Below, one piece after another: positions 22,591-36,308 of a stretch of DNA of 64,000 nt. Both the position numbers and the translations under genes were made by a program. The stretch spans positions 7,254,001 through 7,318,000 of the forward strand of contig OZ076419.1 in the NCBI GenBank assembly GCA_964187785.1. Direction: 5' to 3'. The number at the start of each line of letters is the position of its first letter. Positions within the stretch are counted from its first letter, which is position 1. The notes below the pieces were generated by a model. It worked only from the letters and a program-made list of their open reading frames with translations. It had not been told where the DNA came from and did not search any database. Source of the stretch: Amphiscolops sp. MND2022. Its lineage: Eukaryota.

Positions 22591-24033
22591 GTAAAAACAA
22601 CCTAAAAGAACAAAGTGTTGAGAACGAATGGATTTTTCATATGAACATAAGGTCTATCGACTACAATTTTGAAGAACTAGAAACGCATATAGATACCTTT
22701 CGTGAAAACAAACCGTCTATAATTTGCTTGTCCGAAACATGGATGACTGAATCCTCAGACAAAAATGCCTACGCACTAGAATCCTATGCACCTATGGAAT
22801 TTGATACTGGTTCAACAAGAAATGAAGGTGTTGCAATATATGTCCATGAATCTCTGGCATTTGAACTTTTGGAGCTTAACATACAGAAAGATTCTCTTCC
22901 TGATCTAAACTATACTGGAGTCAATTGTACCGCTAGGAATAAGGAAAAATTTACCGTTGTATGCTTATACAATTCGCCTTCCGTAAATAAACAGGATTTC
23001 TTGGATCAGTTTGAGTTACTTCTTGAGTCTCTTAGTCAAATTAAGAACTACTATCTAATAGGCGATATTAATATTGACCTCTTGGAATGCAACCGTGTTG
23101 CAGATAGGTATCTGAAATTGTTGAAAATTCATGGTTGCGCCCAAGGAATCGAAGAACCAACCCGTGTAACGCTTGACTCAGAATCGTTAATCGATCATAT
23201 AATCCATAATGACTACCAAAGACCTCTGGAATTTGGAGTTATCAAGACGTATATTACAGACCATTTTGCAACCTACGTTGATTTGGATATAAGTAAATCT
23301 AAATCCATTCGTTCTCAACATTTTATTAAGGATAGACCGTTTCTCTGGGACGGTAATGCAACAAATCTCTATCTAAATTACTTAAAACTTTGCCTGGAAC
23401 TTGTAGACTTAGGACAGGACATCAATGCATCTACTGAATCGTTTGCCAATGCAATATCGGAAGCAGTTAATGCTTTCACAGTTGAAAAACAATCAGAACA
23501 CCAAGATGCCGTAAGACCTTGGTTCACAAAGGAAGTAAAAAAAGCCTTAATTCAAAGAAATTGTAGTTTCCACAGATACAAGCGCTGTAAAAACTATTAG
23601 AACAAGCTACGCTACACAAGAGCTAGAAATAATGTGCACCAGCAGCTTCGTAAAAGCAAGCGCGAATACTACGATTCACGTCTGAATGGGCTTATCAATA
23701 ATCCTAAATGTTTCTACAAAGAACTAAACAAATTCACTGGTAAAGCAACAAAAAATTCCAACTTTGTTATCAAGAATGATAAAAATGAATTGATTACGGA
23801 TGATATTGTAGTGGCCGAATCGTTCAATGAAAAATTTTGTTTCCATCAGTAAAACCTTAGCTGCTTCAATTGATAATGTCCCATTCACGACTCATGGTAT
23901 AAAAACTAATGAAAAATCACTATTTTTTAATCCAGCTGATGGCACTGAGATTTCGAGTATTATAAAAAGTCTTAAGAACCATAAATCACCTGGTCTAGAT
24001 GGACTGACTGCAGAAATACTAAAAGTGAGTCAC
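22590..24033 (+). pseudogene. LINE (CR1/L2 group) ORF2 5' part: APE endonuclease and linker, copy 1
   Basis: FHMNIRS, ICLSETW, CLYNSP, IGDINIDLL, SLIDHI, TDHFA and KSPGLDGL. Interrupted at 24033 by a Gypsy LTR. Confidence 0.9.
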
Positions 24034-25554
24034 TGTCGCAACCCAGGAGTTGCGTTGGACCCGGTGTGCAGCACTAATTGAAGAAAACAGAACGTTCCTC
24101 TCCCCATCTCCTTTGAAAACTGTGAAACTTTCACTGAAAAAACTTGGTTTCGTTCATTTCTAATTCACTTTTTCTCTTTTGGAAGTCATGTAAATAATTT
24201 GTGTAATTTAAATTGAAACGGGTCCAGTTTTACTGTCTATTGAGAACTCATAATTGCATGAAACCCAGGCCAGAATAGAAAAACACTTGCTAATGAGCAA
24301 TACATTACGTAACATTGGTTTTCATTGAGCCCCATTAGTCTAAATACCATTTTGTGCTGATGACTATGCGGTACTATGCGGTCGAGCAGTACCGCATACT
24401 CGTCATTATGCGTTTTTGCCAATCTTATTATGCGGCATCCTACGGATCGAGGTTAGACGAATACTCGTCTTTATACGATTTTCATAGAAACACTATGCGA
24501 TATCCTGCGGATCGCGTGGTGACGCATACTCGTCACTATGCGGTTTCAGCAGGACCTTCTGAATAGAGTAGAAAGACGAAATAGTGCTAGTTGGAAACCA
24601 TTACAATTGCAGTTTAGACAGTATTTCGAGTAATTTCCAGGGTTTCCTAGTTCTTTCCTTGGATATACTCTAAACGTGGAGTAATTTAGCTGATACTATA
24701 AATAGTATGACGTTACCCTGACGTAATCCTATTTTTACCTTTCTCTAAAAGTGACTACAGTGAAAAGGAGTGTCATGGTTTTTTTGTTGGAGCCATTTCA
24801 TTTTAAAAACTAGGAGGAACATCATTCAAATCTCGACCGTCGAATAGTGCAGTTGTTTTTTTCAGACATCTGTAAACTTCTTGATAATTTCGTGATATTT
24901 CCGAATCTTGTTATTTTTGAAAAAACAAGATAATTCAAATTCTTCCCCAAAAACCAAAATCCATTTTCACTCAAAACAACATGGGAAACAGACGCAATAG
25001 ACGTTCTAGAAAACTAGAAACACCTTCCCCAGACAGAGAAGTAGAAGTAACTCAGACAGGGACGCCCATTACGGGTAATGAAACTTTAACTTATGTTTTT
25101 ATTGTGGTTCAAAGAGATTTAGGTGAAGACAACTTAGAGAACCAGTTTACCGAACCTAGCCAAATAAGCAACGAGATCCAAGTATGGACTCAAATTATGG
25201 AACAAAAGAACAATGATAGAATTGAAAAGATGAGAGAAGAGATGGAAAATGAACTCGAAATGATTCTAAAGGAAATAAAGTCTAATAAGAGTGCATCAAC
25301 TGTGACAAACCCAGGGTCAGAAAATAACAAAAACAGAGACTCGCAACCATCGGGATCCAAAACAAATAGGTCTATAGGAGTTCACGCATCTAATAACGAG
25401 AATTCAGATTCTGAAAATGATGATTATGCTCTCAGAGCTTCCAAAATGAAAGACTTAAGACATCCTCCAAGACCAATATTTCACAATGAATTAGATATAG
25501 ATGTAAATATAAACCCAGAAGATGAGTCCGATGCAGAAGTAGAGGATTATCACA
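24034..25554 (+). repeat. Gypsy LTR, 1521 bp (duplicated copy of the 5' LTR)
   Basis: TGTCGCAAC...TTATCACA followed directly by the PBS TGGTGACAGGAG. Matches 28367-29889 and 42776-44297. Confidence 0.93.
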
Positions 25555-26347
25555 TGGTGACAGGAGCCAACCGACAACTCCATAGACAAAGCTCTCAGAA
25601 ACTAAATGACACAGTAGGATCCCACGCAGACCACAATTTGTCAAACTTGACAGTAAAACAACTTGACCCAGTTAACCAAATCGCTTTAGCAATAGAAAAA
25701 TTGGCGAACAAGAACCCTTCACAATCACTTTTTCACCCCAAAAACATTAACATTCAACGGGAAAAACGAGAAAAACGAGAAATTCGAATACTTCGAAGAC
25801 TTATTCCACACGACACTTCAAATGCAACCAAACCTAACAGAAGACTAAAAATTTAACTATTTTTATGCCCATCTCAGGGGTTTGGCACTCAAGACTTCAA
25901 GACTTTCAAGAATATACAACGAACCCCAAACACAACCTTAGAAGACATACTCAAAGTCTTTAGACGAAAATAAGTAAAACCGGAATCCAGTGCGTCAGCG
26001 AAGCACAGATTCAACAGACTCTCATTTGACCCAGAAAATCAGAAACTCCCAGATTTTCTAGAAGAACTTCAGGAGAGTGCCGAAAAAGCATTCGGGGAAA
26101 ACGCTCATCAAATGATAGAAAACTTACTATGCAAAAATGCAAAAATGCCTCCCCATCTTAAAAAGTCAATTAATCAAGCCTACCTTGAGAATGGCACATA
26201 CGACCAAATAGTCAAACATCTCGAAAGAGAGATGGAACTCAACGGTCTAGAGGCAGATGAACATCTCGTCAAAACCCAAATGACCGTCACTAAAAAGAAC
26301 AAAACACCGAAAAAACCAACAAAAAACCAAATGACAAAGCCAAAAAA
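24981..26347 (+). pseudogene. gag: Truncated gag, copy in the tandem duplication
   Basis: Same as 29313-30683; cut at the duplication junction. Confidence 0.85.
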
Positions 26348-26922
26348 CACATACCCCTAGTGCCCTGAATGCAGGAGCGAAGCGAAGCGGAGCGACGTGC
26401 CATATGGCCATGCCTCAAGGTTGCTACTTGGCGAAGGGAGCGAAGCGACCGAGCCATACAACAAATACGATAAAATTCGACCGCATTCCATTCAATCCCT
26501 GCAATTCAATCAAAAGGTTCGACCTCTGTCCTTTCGACCCGGTAAATTCGACCTATTTACAGCCACCCCAGTGGATTGCTCTGCTGCTCTGTGTATGATG
26601 AAGTTTTTCTTTCGTCTCTCCTCCTTTACTTCTCCCTTACTTGCTCTGCGTTTGCCTCCAGGATTATGTCTTTCAATGGTTTGACGGGTATGTCTTCAGT
26701 TTTAGCCCATTCGTTCGCTTTCTGCGTTCTATTGGGACCGTTTACAAAGCAGTGGAAATCTTTCATCAGGGTTTTGACGCAGTTGATGGTTGTATCAAGA
26801 TCCTTCCGTATCTGGTCCGTCTCTTCACTCCGCGGTTTATCATTCTTTTCATTTTTAATCAAGGTTGTCACTGCTATGCTGCATTTACTGCAGCACCAGA
26901 GGGCAGAGGGCTCTTTGTAAGA

Positions 26923-28366
26923 AGTAAAAACAACCTAAAAGAACAAAGTGTTGAGAACGAATGGATTTTTCATATGAACATAAGGTCTATCGACTACAAT
27001 TTTGAAGAACTAGAAACGCATATAGATACCTTTCGTGAAAACAAACCGTCTATAATTTGCTTGTCCGAAACATGGATGACTGAATCCTCAGACAAAAATG
27101 CCTACGCACTAGAATCCTATGCACCTATGGAATTTGATACTGGTTCAACAAGAAATGAAGGTGTTGCAATATATGTCCATGAATCTCTGGCATTTGAACT
27201 TTTGGAGCTTAACATACAGAAAGATTCTCTTCCTGATCTAAACTATACTGGAGTCAATTGTACCGCTAGGAGTAAGGAAAAATTTACCGTTGTATGCTTA
27301 TACAATTCGCCTTCCGTAAATAAACAGGATTTCTTGGATCAGTTTGAGTTACTTCTTGAGTCTCTTAGTCAAATTAAGAACTACTATCTAATAGGCGATA
27401 TTAATATTGACCTCTTGGAATGCAACCGTGTTGCAGATAGGTATCTGAAATTGTTGGAAATTCATGGTTGCGCCCAAGGAATCGAAGAACCAACCCGTGT
27501 AACGCTTGACTCAGAATCGTTAATCGATCATATAATCCATAATGACTACCAAAGACCTCTGGAATTTGGAGTTATCAAGACGTATATTACAGACCATTTT
27601 GCAACCTACGTTGATTTGGATATAAGTAAATCTAAATCCATTCGTTCTCAACATTTTATTAAGGATAGACCGTTTCTCTGGGACGGTAATGCAACAAATC
27701 TCTATCTAAATTACTTAAAACTTTGCCTGGAACTTGTAGACTTAGGACAGGACATCAATGCATCTACTGAATCGTTTGCCAATGCAATATCGGAAGCAGT
27801 TAATGCTTTCACAGTTGAAAAACAATCAGAACACCAAGATGCCGTAAGACCTTGGTTCACAAAGGAAGTAAAAAAAGCCTTAATTCAAAGACATTGTAGT
27901 TTCCACAGATACAAGCGCTGTAAAAACTATTAGAACAAGCTACGCTACACAAGAGCTAGAAATAATGTGCACCAGCTGCTTCGTAAAAGCAAGCGCGAAT
28001 ACTACGATTCACGTCTGAATGGGCTTATCAATAATCCTAAATGTTTCTACAAAGAACTAAACAAATTCACTGGTAAAGCAACAAAAAATTCCAACTTTGT
28101 TATCAAGAATGATAAAAATGAATTGATTACGGATGATATTGTTGTGGCCGAATCGTTCAATGAAAAAGTTTGTTTCCATCAGTAAAACCTTAGCTGCTTC
28201 AATTGATAATGTCCCATTCACGACTCATGGTATAAAAACTAATGAAAAATCACTATTTTTTAATCCAGCTGATGGCACTGAGATTTCGAGTATTATAAAA
28301 AGTCTTAAGAACCATAAATCACCTGGTCTAGATGGACTGACTGCAGAAATACTAAAAGTGAGTCAC
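26923..28366 (+). pseudogene. LINE ORF2 5' part, copy 2 (continues at 44298)
   Basis: Same motifs as copy 1. AEILKVSH (ends 28366) rejoins SHDVIVEKLTHLVNESL at 44298 via the GTCAC duplication. Confidence 0.9.
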
Positions 28367-29312
28367 TGTCGCAACCCAAGAGTTGCGTTGGACCCGGTGT
28401 GCAGCACTAATTGAAGAAAACAGAACGTTCCTCACCCCATCTCCTTTGAAAACTGTGAAACTTTCACTGAAAAAACTTGGTTTCGTTCATTTCTAATTCA
28501 CTTTTTCTCTTTTGGAAGTCATGTAAATAATTTGTGTAATTTAAATTGAAACGGGTCCAGTTTTACTGTCTATTGAGAACTCATAATTGCATGAAACCCA
28601 GGCCAGAATAGAAAAACACTTGCTAATGAGCAATACATTACGTAACATTGGTTTTCATTGAGCCCCATTAGTCTAAATACCATTTTGTGCTGATGACTAT
28701 GCGGTACTATGCGGTCGAGCAGTACCGCATACTCGTCATTATGCGTTTTTGACAATCTTATTATGCGGCATCCTACGGATCGAGGTTAGACGAATACTCG
28801 TCTTTATACGATTTTCATAGAAACACTATGCGATATCCTGCGGATCGCGTGGTGACGCATACTCGTCACTATGCGGTTTCAGCAGGACCTTCTGAATAGA
28901 GTAGAAAGACGAAATAGTGCTAGTTGGAAACCATTACAATTGCAGTTTAGACAGTATTTCGAGTAATTTCCAGGGTTTCCTAGTTCTTTCCTTGGATATA
29001 CTCTAAACTTGGAGTAATTTAGCTGATACTATAAATAGTATGACGTTACCCTGACGTAATCCTATTTTTACCTTTCTCTAAAAGTGACTACAGTGAAAAG
29101 GAGTGTCATGGTTTTTTGTTGGAGCCATTTCATTTTAAAAACTAGGAGGAACATCATTCAAATCTCGACCGTCGAATAGTGCAGTTGTTTTTTTCAGACA
29201 TCTGTAAACTTCTCGATAATTTCGTGATATTTCCGAATCTTGTTATTTTTGAAAAAACAAGATATTTCAAATTCTTCCCCAAAAACCAAAATCCATTTTC
29301 ACTCAAAACAAC

Positions 29313-31012
29313 ATGGGAAACAGACGCAATAGACGTTCTAGAAGACTAGAAACACCTTCCCCAGACAGAGAAGTAGAAGTAACTCAGACAGGGACGCCCA
29401 TTACGGGTAATGAAACTTTAACTTATGTTTTTATTGTGGTTCAAAGAGATTTAGGTGAAGACAACTTAGAGAACCAGTTTACCGAACCTAGCCAAATAAG
29501 CAACGAGATCCAAGTATGGACTCAAATTATGGAACAAAAGAACAATGATAGAATTGAAAAGATGAGAGAAGAGATGGAAAATGAACTCGAAATGATTCTA
29601 AAGGAAATAAAGTCTAATAAGAGTGCATCAACTGTGACAAACCCAGGGTCAGAAAATAACAAAAACAGAGACTCGCAACCATCGGGATCCAAAACAAATA
29701 GGTCTATAGGAGTTCACGCATCTAATAACGAGAATTCAGATTCTGAAAATGATGATTATGCTCTCAGAGCTTCCAAAATGAAAGACTTAAGACATCCTCC
29801 AAGACCAATATTTCACAATGAATTAGATATAGATGTAAATATAAACCCAGAAGATGAGTCCGATGCAGAAGAAGTAGAGGATTATCACATGGTGACAGGA
29901 GCCAACCGACAACTCCATAGACAAAGCTCTCAGAAACTAAATGACACAGTAGGATCCCACGCAGACCACAATTTGTCAAACTTGACAGTAAAACAACTTG
30001 ACCCAGTTAACCAAATCGCTTTAGCAATAGAAAAATTGGCGAACAAGAACCCTTCACAATCACTTTTTCACCCCAAAAACATTAACATTCAACGGGAAAA
30101 ACGAGAAAAACGAGAAATTCGAATACTTCGAAGACTTATTCCACACGACACTTCAAATGCAACCAAACCTAACAGAAGACTAAAAATTTAACTATTTTTA
30201 TGCCCATCTCAGGGGTTTGGCACTCAAGACTTCAAGACTTTCAAGAATATACAACGAACCCCAAACACAACCTTAGAAGACATACTCAAAGTCTTTAGAC
30301 GAAAATAAGTAAAACCGGAATCCAGTGCGTCAGCGAAGCACAGATTCAACAGACTCTCATTTGACCCAGAAAATCAGAAACTCCCAGATTTTCTAGAAGA
30401 ACTTCAGGAGAGTGCCGAAAAAGCATTCGGGGAAAACGCTCATCAAATGATAGAAAACTTACTATGCAAAAATGCAAAAATGCCTCCCCATCTTAAAAAG
30501 TCAATTAATCAAGCCTACCTTGAGAATGGCACATACGACCAAATAGTCAAACATCTCGAAAGAGAGATGGAACTCAACGGTCTAGAGGCAGATGAACATC
30601 TCGTCAAAACCCAAATGACCGTCACTAAAAAGAACAAAACACCGAAAAAACCAACAAAAAACCAAATGACAAAGCCAAAAAACAAACTCCAAAAACAGTC
30701 CCCGATAAAACACTCAAAAGTGATCAATGCCGTTATTGTAAAGATACCAGTCACATGATGACTGACTGTCCCAAATCAGCAAAACGGAGGAAACGCGAAG
30801 AAGACCCGGAGGCTCCCAAATGCCCTAACTGCAACACTCCTGGTCATGATGAAGAAGATTGCTATTTTGGTGCCAACATGGGTAATCGCCCACCAAACTG
30901 GAATTTGACTGAAGCACAAAAGAAGGCAATCGAACTCTACAAGCAAGCAAGGAAACAAATCAGACCAAAAATAGAACGACATCAACAATCCTCGTCGAAG
31001 GATTTAAACTAG
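29313..31012 (+). pseudogene. gag: Gypsy gag, starting inside the 5' LTR, with two CCHC knuckles, frameshifted
   Basis: Capsid-like LAIEKLANK...AHLRGLALKT...FLEELQESAEKAFG. Knuckles CRYCKDTSHMMTDC and CPNCNTPGHDEEDC are both CX2CX4HX4C. Confidence 0.88.
29890..29903 (+). promoter_or_regulatory. PBS, tRNA-Leu-like (copy at 25555)
   Basis: TGGTGACAGGAG directly after the LTR end. One mismatch to the typical tRNA-Leu(CAG) PBS TGGTGTCAGGAG. Confidence 0.65.
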
Positions 31013-31077
31013 AAACGCCACGCCTTTACACAAAATCACCACAAAAACCAAACTCAATTGATGACTGGCAGGATCAG

Positions 31078-34000
31078 TTGAGCCCAAAACCTACAAAAAC
31101 ATCAGCCTGTGAAGCCGACTCAATAACAGAAAATATACAACAACTAACCCTGGAAGCTCAACCTGAAGACTTATATGAACTCTTACATGATGCACCAGAC
31201 AACTACTTTCCTCAACAACCAAACAACCCCGAAATCAACTTAAACCCAGATACCCAACACACAACAAAACACCGCGTAACAATAAAAACTTGCAATAATG
31301 AAAAACAACCTCTTCTAAATGAAGATCTTACTGAATATATACATTTTGACAAGGAACGAAACTTGTCATATCTTCCAATTTCAACCTCTTTGACATTGAA
31401 ACGAAAACGCCACATGTACTACATTCCAATGGACTTCGAAAAACTTACACTTGCTGGTCTCCTTAATACTGGAGCTCTCACAAGTGCAATCTCCGAACAA
31501 GACCTCAATAAAATCAAATTGCTAGCAAACGAAGCAATTAAAGAAACCGGTCCACCACCAAACTTCCAAATTATGGTGGCAAATGGACAACTAGAAGTCC
31601 CCATTGGTACGGTACTACTAGAATTTGAAGTGGCTGATTTCATGTTAAAAGTAAACTTCATCATCATGAAAAATCTACCGAACCCGCTAATACGATTGTG
31701 TTTCCTCCGTAGGAATAACGCAATCTTTGATGTCAACCAAGGAATCCTAACATTTTCTTATCTGTCAATGCAACTCAAACCTGATACCCAAACAGCAATT
31801 CGTCAAGCAACGCCATTGTTTGCTGAAAATACCTATACTCTACAACCAGGCGAAACTCTTGCCATAGCAAGCAGAATGCCCCATCTGATGGACCATAATG
31901 CCACTGGCATAGTCACCCCATCACAACAATACGAAAACCATGGTAGCATTTTCATCACTGCATCACTCAGTACCGTCAACAATAATGCCATCGGCTATCA
32001 AATCATTAACTGCTCAGAACTTTCACACACAATCACAATGTACACCCATTTGGCAGATTTCAAGATATTAACCCCAGAGCAAATCAAGCATATACAACCA
32101 GTAGACCCAGCATTATTATCGTTCATGATACAACACGAGGAAACAAAAGAAGTCTACATAAATGAACTTCTTAAAGTACCACAACAAAATTCCGAACAGG
32201 AGACATACTGGTTCCCTACCCCTGAAGAACCAGGCGACCCTGCAACATAAACCCCAATTCAGCAAAGCATTTACAAAGAGCTTCTTGAGCTACAAGAACT
32301 TGAGAAACTGAACCCAAATGATAACGAAACTTCCAGAAACACCATTCTTTCAAACTTCGACTGGTCTGACACAACGCTCAGCCCAGGTGAACGACAAGAA
32401 ATTGAAGAAATTCTCGTTGAATTCCACGACATTTTTGCCAGACAATGTTTCGATATAGGCATAAACCGTGAATTCAAAGTGAAACTAACACCGAATGATG
32501 ATAGACCTGCTTACAGTCAAAGTCTGCCAACTCCTATCAATCTCAAAGATGATATCACAGTAGAACTTGCACTTCTACACAAGTACGGTATCATTACAAC
32601 CTTACCCTTCTCCAAATATGCAAGCCCAATTTTTGCACAACGCAAACCTAACGGCGGCCTCCGACTTTTAGTAGACCTCAGGAAGATCAACAACCTCATC
32701 ACATCACTGAAGCTTACACCAAAAACAACCACCCGGTAAGCACTTTATCAGACGCAGCCCAACATATGGCAGGAAAAAAACTTTTCTGCAAATTAGATTG
32801 CTCACAGGCTTACCACTGCCTTCAGATGGCAGATTACCAATCCATCCAAATGCTCGCTTTTAACTTTGCCAGTAGAACATTTGCTTATCGTCGCCTTGCT
32901 CAAGGTCTTAGCAGATCACTATCTGCATTTTCAAGCTTTATGAGAGAGTACCTAGACCGAGCAATTAAGGCCGACCAATGTGCCCAATATGTCGACGACA
33001 TTGGCATAGCGGCGAACGACACAAAACAATTGTGCATAAATATCAAAACGGTCTTTGAATGCATTCGCAATGCAGGATTAAAGCACTCCATGTCAAAATG
33101 TCACTTTGGAGTCAAACAGTTCGACATTCTGGGACGTACCATAACACCGAACGGAGTCGCCCCTCAAGCAGACAAAGTGACAGATTTTCTATCGAAACTC
33201 CGCTTTCCCAAGTCAAAAAAGGCTTTACAAAGGTATAGTGGATTTTTAAACTATTACCGAAACTACATCCCACGCCTTTCAGAACGGCTTTCTCCGTTAA
33301 ACAAGCTCCTCAAAGAAACCTCCAAATTCTACGTACCAACAAACTTGGTAGAAACCTTCACCAACCTCAACAAACTCCTGGAAAAATCTTGCCTCTTAGC
33401 TTCAAAACAACCACTCAAAAACAAACAACTTATAGTCATGTCCGATGCAAGCTTCACCGCAGCAGGATATGCTATAATGATTGAAGACGACCCGAACCGA
33501 AAACTCCAATCAAAACGAAAAACATATGCACCTATTGCATTCGGTTCAAAAACTTTTAACCCAACGCAGACAAAAATGTCAATTTACGCAAAGGTATTTC
33601 TCTCCATATACTTTGCTTTTGTTGAATTCGGACACCTCATGTGAGGTAGTACCTTCCCAGTGATCGTCTTCACAGACAATCGTCCTGTAAGACGCTTTTT
33701 TCAAACGAAAATGATCCCTCCAGCACTCTGGAAGGCATGCGATTATGTCCTGCAATACAATTTCGTAATCGCCCACGTTGCTGGTTCAATGAACACCGCG
33801 GCTGACTTCTTATCCAGAACGGAAGTCGACCCAACTGAAATACTAGAAATGGCCATTCGTGATGATATCCATACGAAAGCCATAGAAGTCAATATTCAAT
33901 CATCTGGCATTGTTGAAGAAGAACAAATTTATGTCCTTCCAGACGAAGAAATTGATGAAAATCAATTATGGGAAGAAAAACAAAACATCCGAAATCAAGC

Positions 34001-35882
34001 ACAAACTGAAACACACAACGAAACAGAAATCACAGTCTCTGGACTACAACAATTCCATAAGCCTACCTCAGGATTGATCTCCTGCTCTTCAGGATACTTT
34101 AAGGATAATGCAAGAATCCGCCCTGAACAGAATAATGACATAGTCCTTGGAAACCTAAGAGAAACTCGAGGGAAACACATTTGATGAAAATGAATTAGCA
34201 TCGGATTACAGATACCAACACTACTTACAAAACATAACACGAACAGAGATAAAACAGGAAGTTCTCACACGCAAACACTACACAGACACAGGAACCATAT
34301 CTCACTACCAAATTCTTTTACCAATCCAACTCCTAGAAGAATTCCTTCAGGCCTTGCATGGTCATAATTCAAATCTTAAAGATAATTCAAGAAGCACGTC
34401 AAAAATATTACTTCCCATGTATCGCTAAATACATCAAAAAATGGGTCAGTAACTGTCAAGTTTGTATTCAAACGAAACGCATTAACAACGATCTCCTCAG
34501 AACCGAATTCCTTAATTGCCCAGAATGGGATCATGGCCCAGAAGACATACTGCAGATGGATATTTTGCCAAACCTTCCCCCAAGCGGAGGCAATGATCAT
34601 ATCATCACGGCAATTGATGTCTTCTCAAGATACTTGTTCGCTTATCCTGTAACTCGAATCACTGCAACAACGGTGTCAAAAGTTATCATGGATATACTCT
34701 GCAAACATACATTCCTTCCAACAACGATAATCACAGACCTAGGCACTCAATTCAACGCCCAAGTAACTCACGAAGTTGCAGCAGTGCTGGGAATCGAATT
34801 TAAACACGCAACAATGAAACATGCCCAAACAATAGGACTCCTCGAGAGAACCCGTGCCTCAGTGAAAACACACCTAAAAGCTGCAACAGGTGAATTCAGG
34901 AATAACTGGCTTAAATACCTCCCGTTAGCAGTCCTTAACCATAATACAACATACCATGCATCACTCGGTTGTGAACCTTCACGAGTCTTCCATGGCAGAA
35001 TACCACATAATATTCTAGATTACAAACTAGGATATAACCCTAACCCACGATACCAACCACAGGCAGATGTGGCCGAATAAATCCAAAAACGCATGAAAAT
35101 CCTTTTAGATCAAACAAAGAAAAACATGATGCAATCCTATCTTAAGTACAAAGCCTACTATGATAGGAAAGCCAAAGCAGCTCCGCTCGAAACAACGGAC
35201 TATTGCTACATTCTCAACCCAAAAGCCGACACGCAAGCAACGAAAATACCATTTCGAGAATTCAGATGGTGTGGACCATATAAAGTGGAAAAAGTTCTCC
35301 CTAACAATAATTATATCGTCAGGAGACTTGGTACTAACAAAACGCAACTGCTACACAAGATACGCCTGCGGAAATTCACTCCGCAAGCCCCATTAGCAGA
35401 CATTTTTGTCCGCGAAACCGATTGGCAAAAAGACGACCAGATGCCTATAGCAAATGATGATCTATATGCCCAATCATGGAATACAAATTTTGGATCTAAT
35501 CCGTTTGAAGATGGTCCTTCAGAATACGCAGAGGACACTGAAGAAACCGAATATACTCCAATTCAAATACCTAATGATAACCGCCCGTCCTCCCCAGGAT
35601 CTTCAAAAATTAGTGGGGGGAGCCCAGTGGAACAGACCACTGAACCAGATGAAAATTACGACAATCACGAAAATGAAATTCCACAACACATCAGTGAAGA
35701 TGATGAAAATACCCAAAAAACCCAAATAGAATTAAATAATTCATCAGTTGATGATACCCAAAAAAACCCCAGAAAATCCCCAAAACACCCCCTTGCAAGA
35801 AGATCCCATAAACACACGTGGTGAAAAATACAACTTACGCCCCAATCCCAACCCAAACTACTCTGACTCATACAGATATTAA
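31078..35882 (+). pseudogene. pol: Gypsy pol: protease, spacer domain, RT, RNase H and integrase, frameshifted
   Basis: Protease LLNTGALTSAIS (D to N), RT LVDLRKIN, KLDCSQAY and QYVDDI. RNase H MSDASF and FTDNRP. Integrase HX6-like...CQVC, QMDIL, ITDLGTQF and LLERT, then WCGPYKV. Stop at 35880-35882. Confidence 0.95.
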
Positions 35883-36308
35883 AACAAAACACAGACAAAC
35901 ATCTTTTTTTTCCTCCCTTTGTCTTCTAATAAATACCAGGGAGAGTGACTGTTTTTTATCAGTAATGACCCGTCTGTCATAAGATAAATACGTGACAAAA
36001 ACAGATATCAAACAAACCAAAGAACGGAAAGAAAACAGTAATCAATTATACACTACAATCCCCATTTAGTTTTTCTTGCTTTTCGCAAACTTGGAGTTGG
36101 ATTTCTTGCCGGTATCTTCAACTGAGGAACTGGAACAGCAATTAAGCGACACACTAATCCTGCTCAGACTAGGATCAGGTGAAGGAGAACTGTTCACACT
36201 TCCAATCCTGCTGGCACTGGGGTTGTTGTAGTTGACGAAACAATTGGCTTATCATGTTGCAAAACCGCCTTGCGATAACCAGTTTCAAGTTTTCCTAACA
36301 ATGCTGTT

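Larger units (their letters stand above)
22015..30683 (+). repeat. Head-to-tail tandem duplication, two ~4333-bp copies (22015-26347 and 26348-30683)
   Basis: ORF pairs at a ~4333 offset (22064/26397, 22308/26641, 24981/29313). The junction is at 26348 (...GCCAAAAAA|CACATACCCC). Confidence 0.97.

Noticed and set aside
22308-23600. 430-aa ORF (also 26641-27933) as a novel membrane-anchored endonuclease
   Set aside because: The hydrophobic first ~95 codons are the antisense of the CR1 ORF1. The real endonuclease starts near 22590, at a head-to-head junction of two LINEs.
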